Assembly: GCA_964524715.1 (NCBI GenBank)
Contig: CAZGGF010000510.1
Location: 850-64,849 of the forward strand
Length of the DNA stretch: 64,000 nucleotides
Direction: 5' to 3'
Origin: an uncultured Verrucomicrobiota bacterium
Lineage (GTDB): Bacteria > Verrucomicrobiota > Verrucomicrobiia > CAIQCK01
Part shown: positions 19,576-28,176 of the stretch, in pieces
How positions within the stretch are numbered: position 1 is the first letter of the stretch
Layout of the letters: each line of letters opens with the position of its first letter
Program-made: the position numbers and the translations under genes
Notes under the pieces: model-generated
Told to the model about the DNA's origin: nothing
What the model saw: only the letters and a program-made list of their open reading frames with translations
Database searches by the model: none

Positions 19576-20919
19576 ATGAAACGACGTGACCTGATAAAGA
19601 AGATGGGCCTCCTCGGAGCCGGCTGCTTCGTCGGAGCCGGCGGCACCCGCACGGCGCATGCAGACCCTCCTTCGCCAAGAGTACCCCGTTCAACCTTCGA
19701 TCTGTTCGAACAATACGAGCGGCGCTTCGCCGAAGCGCGCTTGCGGATGCCGGAGTACAACCCAGCCGTCCCGGCCGACCGTGAAACCATCATTCGCGTC
19801 GCAAAGAACTGTCTTGGCATCCGTGATGAATGGGTGCCGAAAATTCACGCTGAGAAGTTGCGCGAAACGGTCTTCGATGGCGGGCGTATCGAGCTGCTGC
19901 GCTCCACCTCATGGCCCGGCGTGACCGGCACGGCGCTGCTTTACCTGCCAGCGAACGCGGGAGACCAGCCATTGCCGCTCGTGGTCTTGTGCTGCGGGCA
20001 CGGTAACGCCGGCAAGCTCAGTGATGGCTACCAACGCATGGCCCGCCACGTCACCCGGTGCGGAGCGATGGTCCTCTGCCCCGACAACCTCGGCCAGGGT
20101 GAGCGCGTCCCGATGGGCCACGCCAACTGCGTCAAGCCGTTCGCGTGCGGCACAAGCGTGCAGGGGTTGATCGTGATGGAGACGCTCAGCTGGATCGCTT
20201 GGGCTCTGAAGCAACCGCGAGTTGACGCGCGCCGCGTTGCGGCCATTGGCAATTCCGGCGGCGGCACGCTCACGGTTTTTCTCGCCGCGCTCTGTCCTGA
20301 ACTCGCGGTGCTTTCATCCTCCGGTTATCCGAGCACGTTCGATTTTATCGCGCGCAAGGAGAAGAAACACTGCCACTGCAACATCCTGCCGGGTATCGTG
20401 GGCCAGTTGGAGATGTGGCATCTGCTGGGCAGCTTCGCGCCGCGGCCATTGTTCATCTTCCAAGGCGACGGCGACCCACTCTTCCCGCCGGACTTCTTTT
20501 ACCAAAACGCACGCAAAGTGCGGCAGGTTTATCGCACACGAAATGCCGAGAAATTGTTCGAGTCACGCATCATGGCCGGAGGGCATTCATGGGACGCTCC
20601 ACGCAATGTCGCCGTGGGTCGATTCCTCACCCGGCATCTCACCCTCAAACGCAAGCCCGGGCGCGAGGATGAGAACGAGCCGCTTCTTTCCGAAAAAGAT
20701 CGCTGCCTGAATACGTGGCCTGCGGATGCCCTCACCACCGATGCCCTGGCAGAGCAACTCACCAGCCGCCATCTTGAAGGCTGTGAGAACCTCTGGGACG
20801 TCTTCCCGCCCGTTGTGCCACGCGATGTGCCGCTGGAAGACATCGCGCCTCGCGGTTCCACGCGCCAGATATTCGCCCAATACGAGGCGTTTCTGCGGCA
20901 GCCAAAGTCACAGCAATGA
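19576..20919 (+). CDS. Tat-exported alpha/beta hydrolase (acetylxylan-esterase-like)
   Basis: KRRDLI; CCGHG, GQGER, GNSGGG nucleophile elbow, APRPL, GHSW. Confidence 0.75.
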   Translation: MKRRDLIKKMGLLGAGCFVGAGGTRTAHADPPSPRVPRSTFDLFEQYERRFAEARLRMPEYNPAVPADRETIIRVAKNCLGIRDEWVPKIHAEKLRETVFDGGRIELLRSTSWPGVTGTALLYLPANAGDQPLPLVVLCCGHGNAGKLSDGYQRMARHVTRCGAMVLCPDNLGQGERVPMGHANCVKPFACGTSVQGLIVMETLSWIAWALKQPRVDARRVAAIGNSGGGTLTVFLAALCPELAVLSSSGYPSTFDFIARKEKKHCHCNILPGIVGQLEMWHLLGSFAPRPLFIFQGDGDPLFPPDFFYQNARKVRQVYRTRNAEKLFESRIMAGGHSWDAPRNVAVGRFLTRHLTLKRKPGREDENEPLLSEKDRCLNTWPADALTTDALAEQLTSRHLEGCENLWDVFPPVVPRDVPLEDIAPRGSTRQIFAQYEAFLRQPKSQQ

Positions 20920-20936
20920 GAAGCAGGAAATCTGAT

Positions 20937-23900
20937 ATGCAACGTTTTCACGGTCCACTGTTCACAATCACCATACTGGCCTTTGCCAGCATCGGCAGTC
21001 TGGCGACAATTCAAGCAGCGCAGAGCACTTCGTTCTACATCGCCACGGATGGCAACGATGCCAACCCCGGCACCAAAGCGAAGCCGTTCGCGACATTCGA
21101 GAAAGCGCGTGACGCTGTCCGCCAATCCAAAACCCAAAACCCAAAATCCAAAATTGATGTGTTTGTCCGCGCGGGCACCTACGAGCTGGCGAAGACGTTC
21201 AAGCTCAACGCTGAAGACTCCGGCACAGAAAAGGCGCCGGTGGTTTACCAGACGTACCCGAAGGAGAAGGTTCTGCTGATCGGCGGCAAACGCATCACCG
21301 GCTTTGCACCGCACAGAGGGCAGATTTTGAAAGCCGATGTCGGCGCGCAGGGATTTACGAACTACTTCCGCCAGCTATTCCTCGACGGGAAACGGATGCA
21401 ACTCGCGCGTTATCCCAACCACGACGCCGTGAATCCCAACGGCGGTTTCGCCTACGTGGACGGCCAGTTGCCGAAGGATTCTGACAAGTACAAGGAAAAG
21501 CCCGAGTACCCCGCGAGGCAGATTCATTACAAGCTCAGCGATGCCCGCACATGGGCGCATCCGGAACTGGCCGAGGTGATTTATTTCCCGTGGCACAACT
21601 GGCTCAACATCAGCGTCCCGATCGCTTCGGTGGACAAGGACAAACGGCTCATCACGCTGACTCGCGACGCAAAGACACACGCCGGTTACCCCGGCGGCAT
21701 TCGTCCGGGGGATCGTTACTTCGCGCGTAACCTGTTCGAGGAGCTCGATTCGGCGGGTGAATGGTTTCTCGATCGCCAGACCCGAACGCTCTACTTCTGG
21801 CCGCCGAAGCCCCTTGCCGGCCTCGAGGTTTACGCGCCGACAACGGATGACATGATAGAGATCAGCGCGAAGGCTTCGTGGATCACCATCCGAGGATTCA
21901 CGATGGAATGTTGCGACGGCTACGCCGTTGCGCTCCGCAACGCGCAGAACTGCCTCGTCGCCGGCAATACGATTCGCAACACGGCGGGAGGACGGCTCGG
22001 CGGCGGCGGCGGCGTGCTTGTGGACGGTGGCGCCAACTGCGGCGTCGTTGGCAACGACATCTACGACGTGGGCAACATCGGCATCACACTTCGCGGCGGC
22101 GACAAGGAGGCGCTGACACCGGCCGGACATTACGCCGACAACAACTACCTCCATCACATCGGCGTCCTCAACGCCCACGGCCACGGCGTCATGATGGGCG
22201 GCGTCGGCCTGCGTGTCTCCCACAACCTCATCCACGATATCACCCGATCCGGTCTCTTCGGCGGCGGCAACGATTGCGTCGTGGAATACAACCACATCCG
22301 CCACGACAACCTCATGACGGAGGACACCGCGGGTTATTACAACGGCGGCAACTGGCACAATCGAGGCCAGATCGTTCGTTACAACTACGTCCACGACACG
22401 CTCGGCTATGGCCGTCGCGGCGGCAAATGGGTCTCGCCTCTCTTCGCCTGGGGCATCTACTTCGATGACGACGAGAGCGGCACGCACGCCTATGGCAATA
22501 TCGTCGCCCGAGTTCCGCTCGGCGGCTTTCACGTCCATGCCGGCCGCGACAACATCGTCGAGAACAACATCATCATCGACTGCGCAAAGCAGCAGTTCCA
22601 GATGTCTGGCCACGACCCCGTGCACAGCCAGTGGTTGATCGACAAGAAGAAAGCCGAGTTTGCAAAATATCAACGCAACCCCGCCTACGCGAAATATCCG
22701 GAGGTGCCCGCGCTCGACATCGAGAAGGCGTGGTTGATGGTCGGCAACAAGTTCCGCCACAACATCGTCTGCTATCAGGGCACCAACTCGATGCTCTACA
22801 CTTACTCGCAGGACCGTTGTCCCGAACAGAACGAGACCGACCGCAACCTCGTCTGGCACCACGACCAGCCCATCACCGTCCAGCACAGCACCGGCTGGAA
22901 ATCTGCGAAACTCTCCTGGGAGGAATGGCAGAAGGCCGGCCACGACCAGCACTCCATTGTCGCCGACCCGCTCTTCGTCAACGCCGCCAAGGATGATTAC
23001 CGGCTCAAGAAAAACTCGCCCGCGTTCAAGCTTGGCTTCAAACCGATCCCCGTCGAGAAGATCGGTCCCTACAAAGACCCGTTGCGCGCGAGCTGGCCCA
23101 TCGTCGAAGCCGAGGGCGTGCGCGAGCATCCGCAACCGATCGAGATGGGACCGCTCTGGTCCGACAAAGCGCCAGTGGGCGATGGCACATTCGACACCAC
23201 CAACGCCACCGTCACTGTCTATCTGCCCGCGCCTGCCAAAGCCAACGGCGCGGCGATCGTCATCTGTCCCGGCGGCGGATATATGCGCCATGTAACGTCG
23301 CGCGAAGGCCACCCCATCGCCCGCTGGCTCACCGAACACGGTATTGCAGGAATCATTCTGGAGTATCGTTTGCCGCAAGGCCGTTCGTATGTCTCGCTGC
23401 TCGACGCCCAGCGCACCATCCGTACCGTCCGTGCAAACGCCGCGCTGTGGAACATCAACCCCAAACGCGTCGGCATCATGGGCTTCTCCGCGGGTGGCCA
23501 TCTCGCGTCCACGGCAGGCACCCATTTCGACGACGGCGACCCGAAGTCAGCCGACCCCGTCAACCGCTTGAGCTGCCGGCCTGATTTCATGGTCCTGATC
23601 TATCCCGTCGTCACCATGGGCGATAAAACCCACAGTCTCACGAAGACGAATCTTCTTGGCCCGGACCCGAAGCCGGAAATGGTCGAGTTGTTTTCGAACG
23701 AAAAGCAAGTGACCGCAAAGACGCCGCCGTTATTCCTGGCCCACGCCATAGACGACAAGGCTGTACCTCCCGAAAACAGTCGTCAGTTCATCGAGGCGAT
23801 GAAAGCACACAACGTCCCTGTGAGTTACCTGGAGTTGCCGTCCGGTGGCCACGGTCTGAACGGTTGCCAAGGCCCATTGTGGGAAGAATGGAAAGCCAAA

Positions 23901-23972
23901 TCCCTCGAATGGATGGCCGCGCAAGGCATCATTCCCCGTGAGAAGCCCTCTCGTGCGCCGAAAACCCGGTAA
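20937..23972 (+). CDS. Beta-helix glycosidase-like protein (GH141-like) fused to a C-terminal alpha/beta esterase
   Basis: FYIATDGNDANPGT..PFAT, LARYPN, ELDSAGEW, GIYFDD; C-domain ICPGGGY, GFSAGG, DD..V, GGHG; alternative start 20916. Confidence 0.78.
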   Translation: MQRFHGPLFTITILAFASIGSLATIQAAQSTSFYIATDGNDANPGTKAKPFATFEKARDAVRQSKTQNPKSKIDVFVRAGTYELAKTFKLNAEDSGTEKAPVVYQTYPKEKVLLIGGKRITGFAPHRGQILKADVGAQGFTNYFRQLFLDGKRMQLARYPNHDAVNPNGGFAYVDGQLPKDSDKYKEKPEYPARQIHYKLSDARTWAHPELAEVIYFPWHNWLNISVPIASVDKDKRLITLTRDAKTHAGYPGGIRPGDRYFARNLFEELDSAGEWFLDRQTRTLYFWPPKPLAGLEVYAPTTDDMIEISAKASWITIRGFTMECCDGYAVALRNAQNCLVAGNTIRNTAGGRLGGGGGVLVDGGANCGVVGNDIYDVGNIGITLRGGDKEALTPAGHYADNNYLHHIGVLNAHGHGVMMGGVGLRVSHNLIHDITRSGLFGGGNDCVVEYNHIRHDNLMTEDTAGYYNGGNWHNRGQIVRYNYVHDTLGYGRRGGKWVSPLFAWGIYFDDDESGTHAYGNIVARVPLGGFHVHAGRDNIVENNIIIDCAKQQFQMSGHDPVHSQWLIDKKKAEFAKYQRNPAYAKYPEVPALDIEKAWLMVGNKFRHNIVCYQGTNSMLYTYSQDRCPEQNETDRNLVWHHDQPITVQHSTGWKSAKLSWEEWQKAGHDQHSIVADPLFVNAAKDDYRLKKNSPAFKLGFKPIPVEKIGPYKDPLRASWPIVEAEGVREHPQPIEMGPLWSDKAPVGDGTFDTTNATVTVYLPAPAKANGAAIVICPGGGYMRHVTSREGHPIARWLTEHGIAGIILEYRLPQGRSYVSLLDAQRTIRTVRANAALWNINPKRVGIMGFSAGGHLASTAGTHFDDGDPKSADPVNRLSCRPDFMVLIYPVVTMGDKTHSLTKTNLLGPDPKPEMVELFSNEKQVTAKTPPLFLAHAIDDKAVPPENSRQFIEAMKAHNVPVSYLELPSGGHGLNGCQGPLWEEWKAKSLEWMAAQGIIPREKPSRAPKTR
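21126..21153 (+). repeat. Four tandem YCCAAAA heptamers inside the CDS
   Basis: TCCAAAA CCCAAAA CCCAAAA TCCAAAA; encodes SKTQNPKSK. Confidence 0.8.
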
Positions 23973-23997
23973 TCGCCAACACTGACTGAAAGGAATA

Positions 23998-24026
23998 TTG
24001 CAGCGTGTGGCTGGCGCTGGCACGCT
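23998..24026 (+). promoter_or_regulatory. Putative promoter TTGCAG-17-CACGCT
   Basis: Canonical spacing; TGG precedes the -10; 10 nt before ATG 24037. Confidence 0.4.
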
Positions 24027-24036
24027 GTCTTCCAAC

Positions 24037-24954
24037 ATGAACACTTTTGCCATTTTCACTGTTACTGCGTTTCTGCTGCTCAGCCCGTTGGCTGCGGTCA
24101 GCGCGGACAAGCCAACGACCGCGGAGTCGGTCCCCGATCCGATCTCGCTATGGCCTGACAAAGCCCCGGTGGGCGATGGCACATTCGAAGCGGTCAACGT
24201 CAAGATCACTGTCCACCTGCCTGCACCCGACAAGGCCAACGGCGCTGCGATAGTCATTTGCCCCGGCGGCGGCTACCGGGGTCTCGTTGTGCAACCCGAA
24301 GGCCACCTTATCGCCCGCTGGCTCAACGAGCACGGTATTGCCGGCATTGTGTTGGAATACCGGATGCCGCAGGGCCGCCCCTACGTCCCGTTGCTCGACG
24401 CACAACGCGCCATCCGCACCGTGCGCGCACGCGCCGCTGAATGGCGCATAGCACCAGACCGCATCGGCATCATTGGATTCTCCGCCGGCGGCCACCTCGC
24501 GTCCACGGCGGGCACCCATTTCGCCGACGGGGACCCGAAAGCAACCGACCCGGTCGCCCGTGTGAGTTGCCGTCCGGACTTCATGGTGCTGGTCTATCCG
24601 GTCGTCTCCATGAGCACGAACGCCCACAGTGGCTCGAAAAAGAACCTGCTCGGCGCCGACCCGAAGCCCGAACTGGTCGAGCTATTTTCAAACGAGAAGC
24701 AAGTGACCGCAAAGACGCCACCCGCATTTTTGGCGCACGCCAAGGACGACAAGGTCGTGCCGCCTGAAAACAGCCGCAACTTTGCCGATGCACTGAAGTC
24801 TCACAACATTCCCGTGAAGTATCTGGAACTGCCCTCCGGTGGCCACGGTCTGAACCGCTACCAAGGCCCGATGTGGGACGCGTGGCAAACTCAATCCATC
24901 GAGTGGCTGGCGAAGCTGGGATTCACGTCACGCAGCCGGAACGAGAACCGATGA
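24037..24954 (+). CDS. Exported alpha/beta hydrolase (esterase), paralog of the preceding gene's C-domain
   Basis: Signal LLLSPLAAVSA; ICPGGGY, GFSAGG, DDKVV, GGHG. Confidence 0.85.
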   Translation: MNTFAIFTVTAFLLLSPLAAVSADKPTTAESVPDPISLWPDKAPVGDGTFEAVNVKITVHLPAPDKANGAAIVICPGGGYRGLVVQPEGHLIARWLNEHGIAGIVLEYRMPQGRPYVPLLDAQRAIRTVRARAAEWRIAPDRIGIIGFSAGGHLASTAGTHFADGDPKATDPVARVSCRPDFMVLVYPVVSMSTNAHSGSKKNLLGADPKPELVELFSNEKQVTAKTPPAFLAHAKDDKVVPPENSRNFADALKSHNIPVKYLELPSGGHGLNRYQGPMWDAWQTQSIEWLAKLGFTSRSRNENR

Positions 24955-25037
24955 AGACGAATCTGAAATGACGCGTTTGTATTTGACGAGCGGAATAATG
25001 CAACTATCTGGCAGATTAGCGCTGCAATCGCGCTGAC

Positions 25038-25386
25038 CTAGCGTTGCTTGCCGTATTTGGCTGTTGGCTCGGCAACCATGCCGACCATGTCTGTGGATGC
25101 AGCGGAGAAGTGGGCATCGAGTTCCTCCTGCGAGCAGACGCGGCCCAGTTCGCACCAATAGCGCAGGACGCTCGGACAGATGTCCGCGCCCCCCCGGCCA
25201 GACAAGCGTGCCATCCTGCACACCGACTTCCCGGAACTTTTCCGGGCGTTTCAACGCCGCAAAAACACGGCCGTGCAGCGCCGGCAGAAGATCGAGCGCC
25301 GCGGCAAATCCGTCGCTAAACTTCAACCGGACACTCGTCGTGCCGACAACTTCACAGCGGATGACTTGTGGAACTGGTTTCATCAC
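25038..25386 (-). pseudogene. DUF2442-family putative antitoxin, +1 frameshift in a G7 run (or assembly error)
   Basis: ...LKFSDG...TLVWPG in one frame continues as GADICPSVL...VAEPTAKYGKQR in another; removing one C from the run at 25189-25195 joins them. Confidence 0.75.
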
Positions 25387-25393
25387 ACTCTGA

Positions 25394-25654
25394 TTATTGC
25401 AGAGGCTCGATGGATTGCAAGGGCTGCTGCCGGCGCGCTCGTTGCCATTGCTCCATAAGTTCGGTTTGGTGCTGCAACGCCCACTCGACGGTCAAAGCCA
25501 AGGCGCGTGGCGGCAGGCTGCCGCCCACCAACGCCAGTGTCTGGATGTCTACCTCCGCAATCCATTCGCCATAACGCGCGTGGAAGTGCGGTGGGTTGTG
25601 GTCGCTCCAATACATGGTGATCACCAATCCGTAGAATCTACAGATCTCCGGCAT
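25394..25654 (-). CDS. DUF4160-family putative toxin (HicA-like fold)
   Basis: MPEICRFYGLVITMY..DHNPPHFHARYG...GSLPPRAL..V.EWA..H..EL...W...IEPL. Confidence 0.88.
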   Translation of the reverse strand: MPEICRFYGLVITMYWSDHNPPHFHARYGEWIAEVDIQTLALVGGSLPPRALALTVEWALQHQTELMEQWQRARRQQPLQSIEPLQ

Positions 25655-25660
25655 GTCGGC

Positions 25661-25689
25661 AGAATGACCAACACACGCCGTTTGCGCAA
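25661..25689 (-). promoter_or_regulatory. Leaderless sigma70 promoter of the TA pair (TTGCGC-17-CATTCT)
   Basis: -10 ends 6 nt before ATG 25654. Confidence 0.6.
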
Positions 25690-25804
25690 GGCGGTTTTGG
25701 TCTCCCAAAACATCGCGGCTCCAAAACACACCAAACCCGCTAAAGTATTTCGCCACGTGTGCCGATGTTGTTGTCGTGGTTGCTTATACAGCCCCACATA
25801 TATA

Positions 25805-25895
25805 GCGGACCGGAGTTGTCTATCTGCTCCTCCTTGTCCGTACTGAACTGAGCCTCGGTGATCTCGCTGTGGATTGTCGGGGCTCAGCGGTTTTT
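25805..25895 (+). ncRNA. Candidate two-hairpin small RNA ending in an intrinsic terminator
   Basis: Stem GCGGAC/GTCCGT with inner GGAG/CTCC; 16-bp stem 25848-25863/25872-25887 with four G.U pairs; then CGGTTTTT. Confidence 0.4.
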
Positions 25896-25982
25896 GTCCC
25901 GGGCGCTAAATCCATCCCAAATCCGGAAGAACGTGGCACTCCCCCCCCGGATTGCCGCGTGGCTGGAAAAACAGACGCGTCT

Positions 25983-26025
25983 TTTTCTTGTGGCGCAGGG
26001 GCGGCATGCAATGGCACGCTGTCGC
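25983..26025 (+). promoter_or_regulatory. Bipartite element TTTTCTTGTGGCGC-N15-TGGCACGCTGYCGC, copy 1
   Basis: Near-identical to 44254-44296 with the same spacing; upstream of a gene run. Confidence 0.6.
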
Positions 26026-26044
26026 AATCCAAAAGGAGATGCCA

Positions 26045-28072
26045 ATGACTGATTTTTGCAGACCCTTGATTCCGATTGCGTTGGGACTGTTGACAACGTT
26101 CACCAACCTCGCCGCGGCCGGAGCCTCCGAGGCGGCGCAAGCCGCGTTCGACCCTCTGGACTGCCGCTGGACGTTCGGGAATCACGAGCCGCTGACCATG
26201 TATCGGCGGGCGGGCGGGCGTTCGACAGGCGGCGCAGATGGCAGCGCGGCATGGTTGGAACCGTGGCATCATTGGTTCGACAGCGAGGCCTCGACACGGC
26301 TCATGGAAGAGCTTGGCCTGAACATGCTGCACAGCCGCTTTTACAAGGGCATGGGCTGGAAATTCGAGTCGCAGGATTTTCCCAACGTGAAACAGTTCGT
26401 GGCGAACTGTCACCGGCATAATATCCGGGCGCTGGCCTACGTCCAGTTTGCGACGCTCTACTACGAGGTGATGCTGAACGAAGTCCCCGATCTAGAGGAC
26501 TGGGCCGCCGTGGACGAGCAGGGCCAGAAACGGACTTACTCCAAGGCCGCTTACTATCGCTGGATGCCGTGCATCAACGCGCCCGGCTTCGAGGCGTATC
26601 TGAAGAAGGTCATCCGCATCGCGCTCAATGAAGGCGGTTTCGACGGCATCATGTTCGATAACTGTTTCGCGCCGCCATGCCACTGCAAGCGCTGCGTGGC
26701 GCTGTTCCGCGAACATCTCGCCCGGGTGACGAATCCGGAAAAGCGATTCGGTATTCCGACCGCGGCGCACGTTCTGCCGCCTGCGCATGCCGGCTACGGT
26801 GAGGCCAGGGATCCGATCTATCAAGAGTGGCTGGTATTCCGCAGTCAGCGGCTGACCGAGTTGTTTCAGCGTTTGTATAAGTTCAGTAAGTCCTGCGCGC
26901 CGTCTGCCTTCGTCACAGGCAACATCGCCAACATCCGTCAGGGCAACAAGGCAGCAACCACCGGCTTGAGCGTGACGGACTTGGGCGGCAGCTTCGATAT
27001 CTTCGTATCCCAATCGGGCAACGAGCCGGGATTGCGCGACGGCTGCATCATCAACCGCGTCCGGGAAATGAAATTGGCCCAGGCTCTCGGCACGCCCATC
27101 CTCGCGCTCAGCGACAGCGACGGCGGCATCTCGCGCGACTCCGAGTCGAAGTACGTCTTGAATCTCATGGAAAACGCTGTCTTCGGAGGCATTCCCATTG
27201 ACCGGACCGTCATGCAAGCCGATCCGCAGATGGTTTCGCGCGAACTCGTGGAGCTTCGCAAGCCCTTGCTGAAGCGATTCAATGAATCGGTGCGCGCGGG
27301 CCGGGAAGGATTGAAGCGTCCGACGTTTGCGCCCGTGCATCTCCTGTACTCGCGAGAGTCGGTGATCTTCTCCGAACAATCGTATCGCGCATTGCTCGGC
27401 GCCGAGGAGATCCTGTTGAGAAACCATGTCCCCTACTCCCTGCTCCCCACGGGTGCGGCGACGCCGTTCAAAACGCCAACCGGTTGCGAAGTGATCCTGG
27501 TGTGCGATCAAGCCTGCCTCTCTGATGCCGAACTGGCCGCGCTGACGCGTTTCGTTGACGGCGGAGGCCGGCTGGTGATCACAGGACAGTCAGGCGAGTA
27601 TGACGAACGTTATCATCAACGCCTCGCCAATCCCCTCGCAAAACTGAAAGGCCGGCCCGGAGTGGTGCTTCGATCCGAAACCGACAACGTGCCCGTTCGC
27701 GGCATCGGCTGGACCATCAAAGTGGCTGCGCCCAAGGATGGCGGCCGCCGGTTGATGTCGGATATCGCCTCCGTTTGGTCTCCCGCGATCCGCATCAAGG
27801 CACCTGCCACAGTCTTCGCTGAAATCAAACACAGCGACAAAACGTTTTCCGTACATTTGCTGAACTACGCCTCTGAACCGGTGCCAGCAGGTATCCAGAT
27901 CGAGTTGAGTGCCGGCGCGCATGCCGCGCTGCAATGCAAATTCGCCGCGCCCATGGAGGGCCACAGCGCTGCGCCGATTGCCGCGCAATCGGACGGTCGC
28001 GGTCATTGGGTTGTCAATGTTCCAGCATTTGCCGACTACGCCGTCGTGGATCTCGCCTGCAAGCAGGAATGA
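26045..28072 (+). CDS. Exported GH-like TIM barrel with GH42-type CxCxxC and trimerisation/GATase-like domain
   Basis: AGGAG RBS; FDGIMFDN..PCHCKRC...FR; LSDAELAALTRFVDGGGRLVITGQSG..DE; VHLLNY. Confidence 0.65.
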   Translation: MTDFCRPLIPIALGLLTTFTNLAAAGASEAAQAAFDPLDCRWTFGNHEPLTMYRRAGGRSTGGADGSAAWLEPWHHWFDSEASTRLMEELGLNMLHSRFYKGMGWKFESQDFPNVKQFVANCHRHNIRALAYVQFATLYYEVMLNEVPDLEDWAAVDEQGQKRTYSKAAYYRWMPCINAPGFEAYLKKVIRIALNEGGFDGIMFDNCFAPPCHCKRCVALFREHLARVTNPEKRFGIPTAAHVLPPAHAGYGEARDPIYQEWLVFRSQRLTELFQRLYKFSKSCAPSAFVTGNIANIRQGNKAATTGLSVTDLGGSFDIFVSQSGNEPGLRDGCIINRVREMKLAQALGTPILALSDSDGGISRDSESKYVLNLMENAVFGGIPIDRTVMQADPQMVSRELVELRKPLLKRFNESVRAGREGLKRPTFAPVHLLYSRESVIFSEQSYRALLGAEEILLRNHVPYSLLPTGAATPFKTPTGCEVILVCDQACLSDAELAALTRFVDGGGRLVITGQSGEYDERYHQRLANPLAKLKGRPGVVLRSETDNVPVRGIGWTIKVAAPKDGGRRLMSDIASVWSPAIRIKAPATVFAEIKHSDKTFSVHLLNYASEPVPAGIQIELSAGAHAALQCKFAAPMEGHSAAPIAAQSDGRGHWVVNVPAFADYAVVDLACKQE

Positions 28073-28176
28073 GTCGAAGGACTCGCCGAAAAAGTCCCTT
28101 GAGTTGCCCGCCGTTCAAGGCATCATCTCGTAAGCTGCAAACTGAAGCCGTCAACCGTGATTGGAGGAAGAAGACA

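Noticed and set aside
25793-25808. NrdR-box-like CCCACATATATAGCGG
   Set aside because: Single imperfect copy with no ribonucleotide reductase or nucleotide gene nearby.
26012-26026. TGGCACG as a sigma54 -24 box (also 24018 and 44283)
   Set aside because: The -12 TTGC is absent and the GC is one base off the strict spacing.
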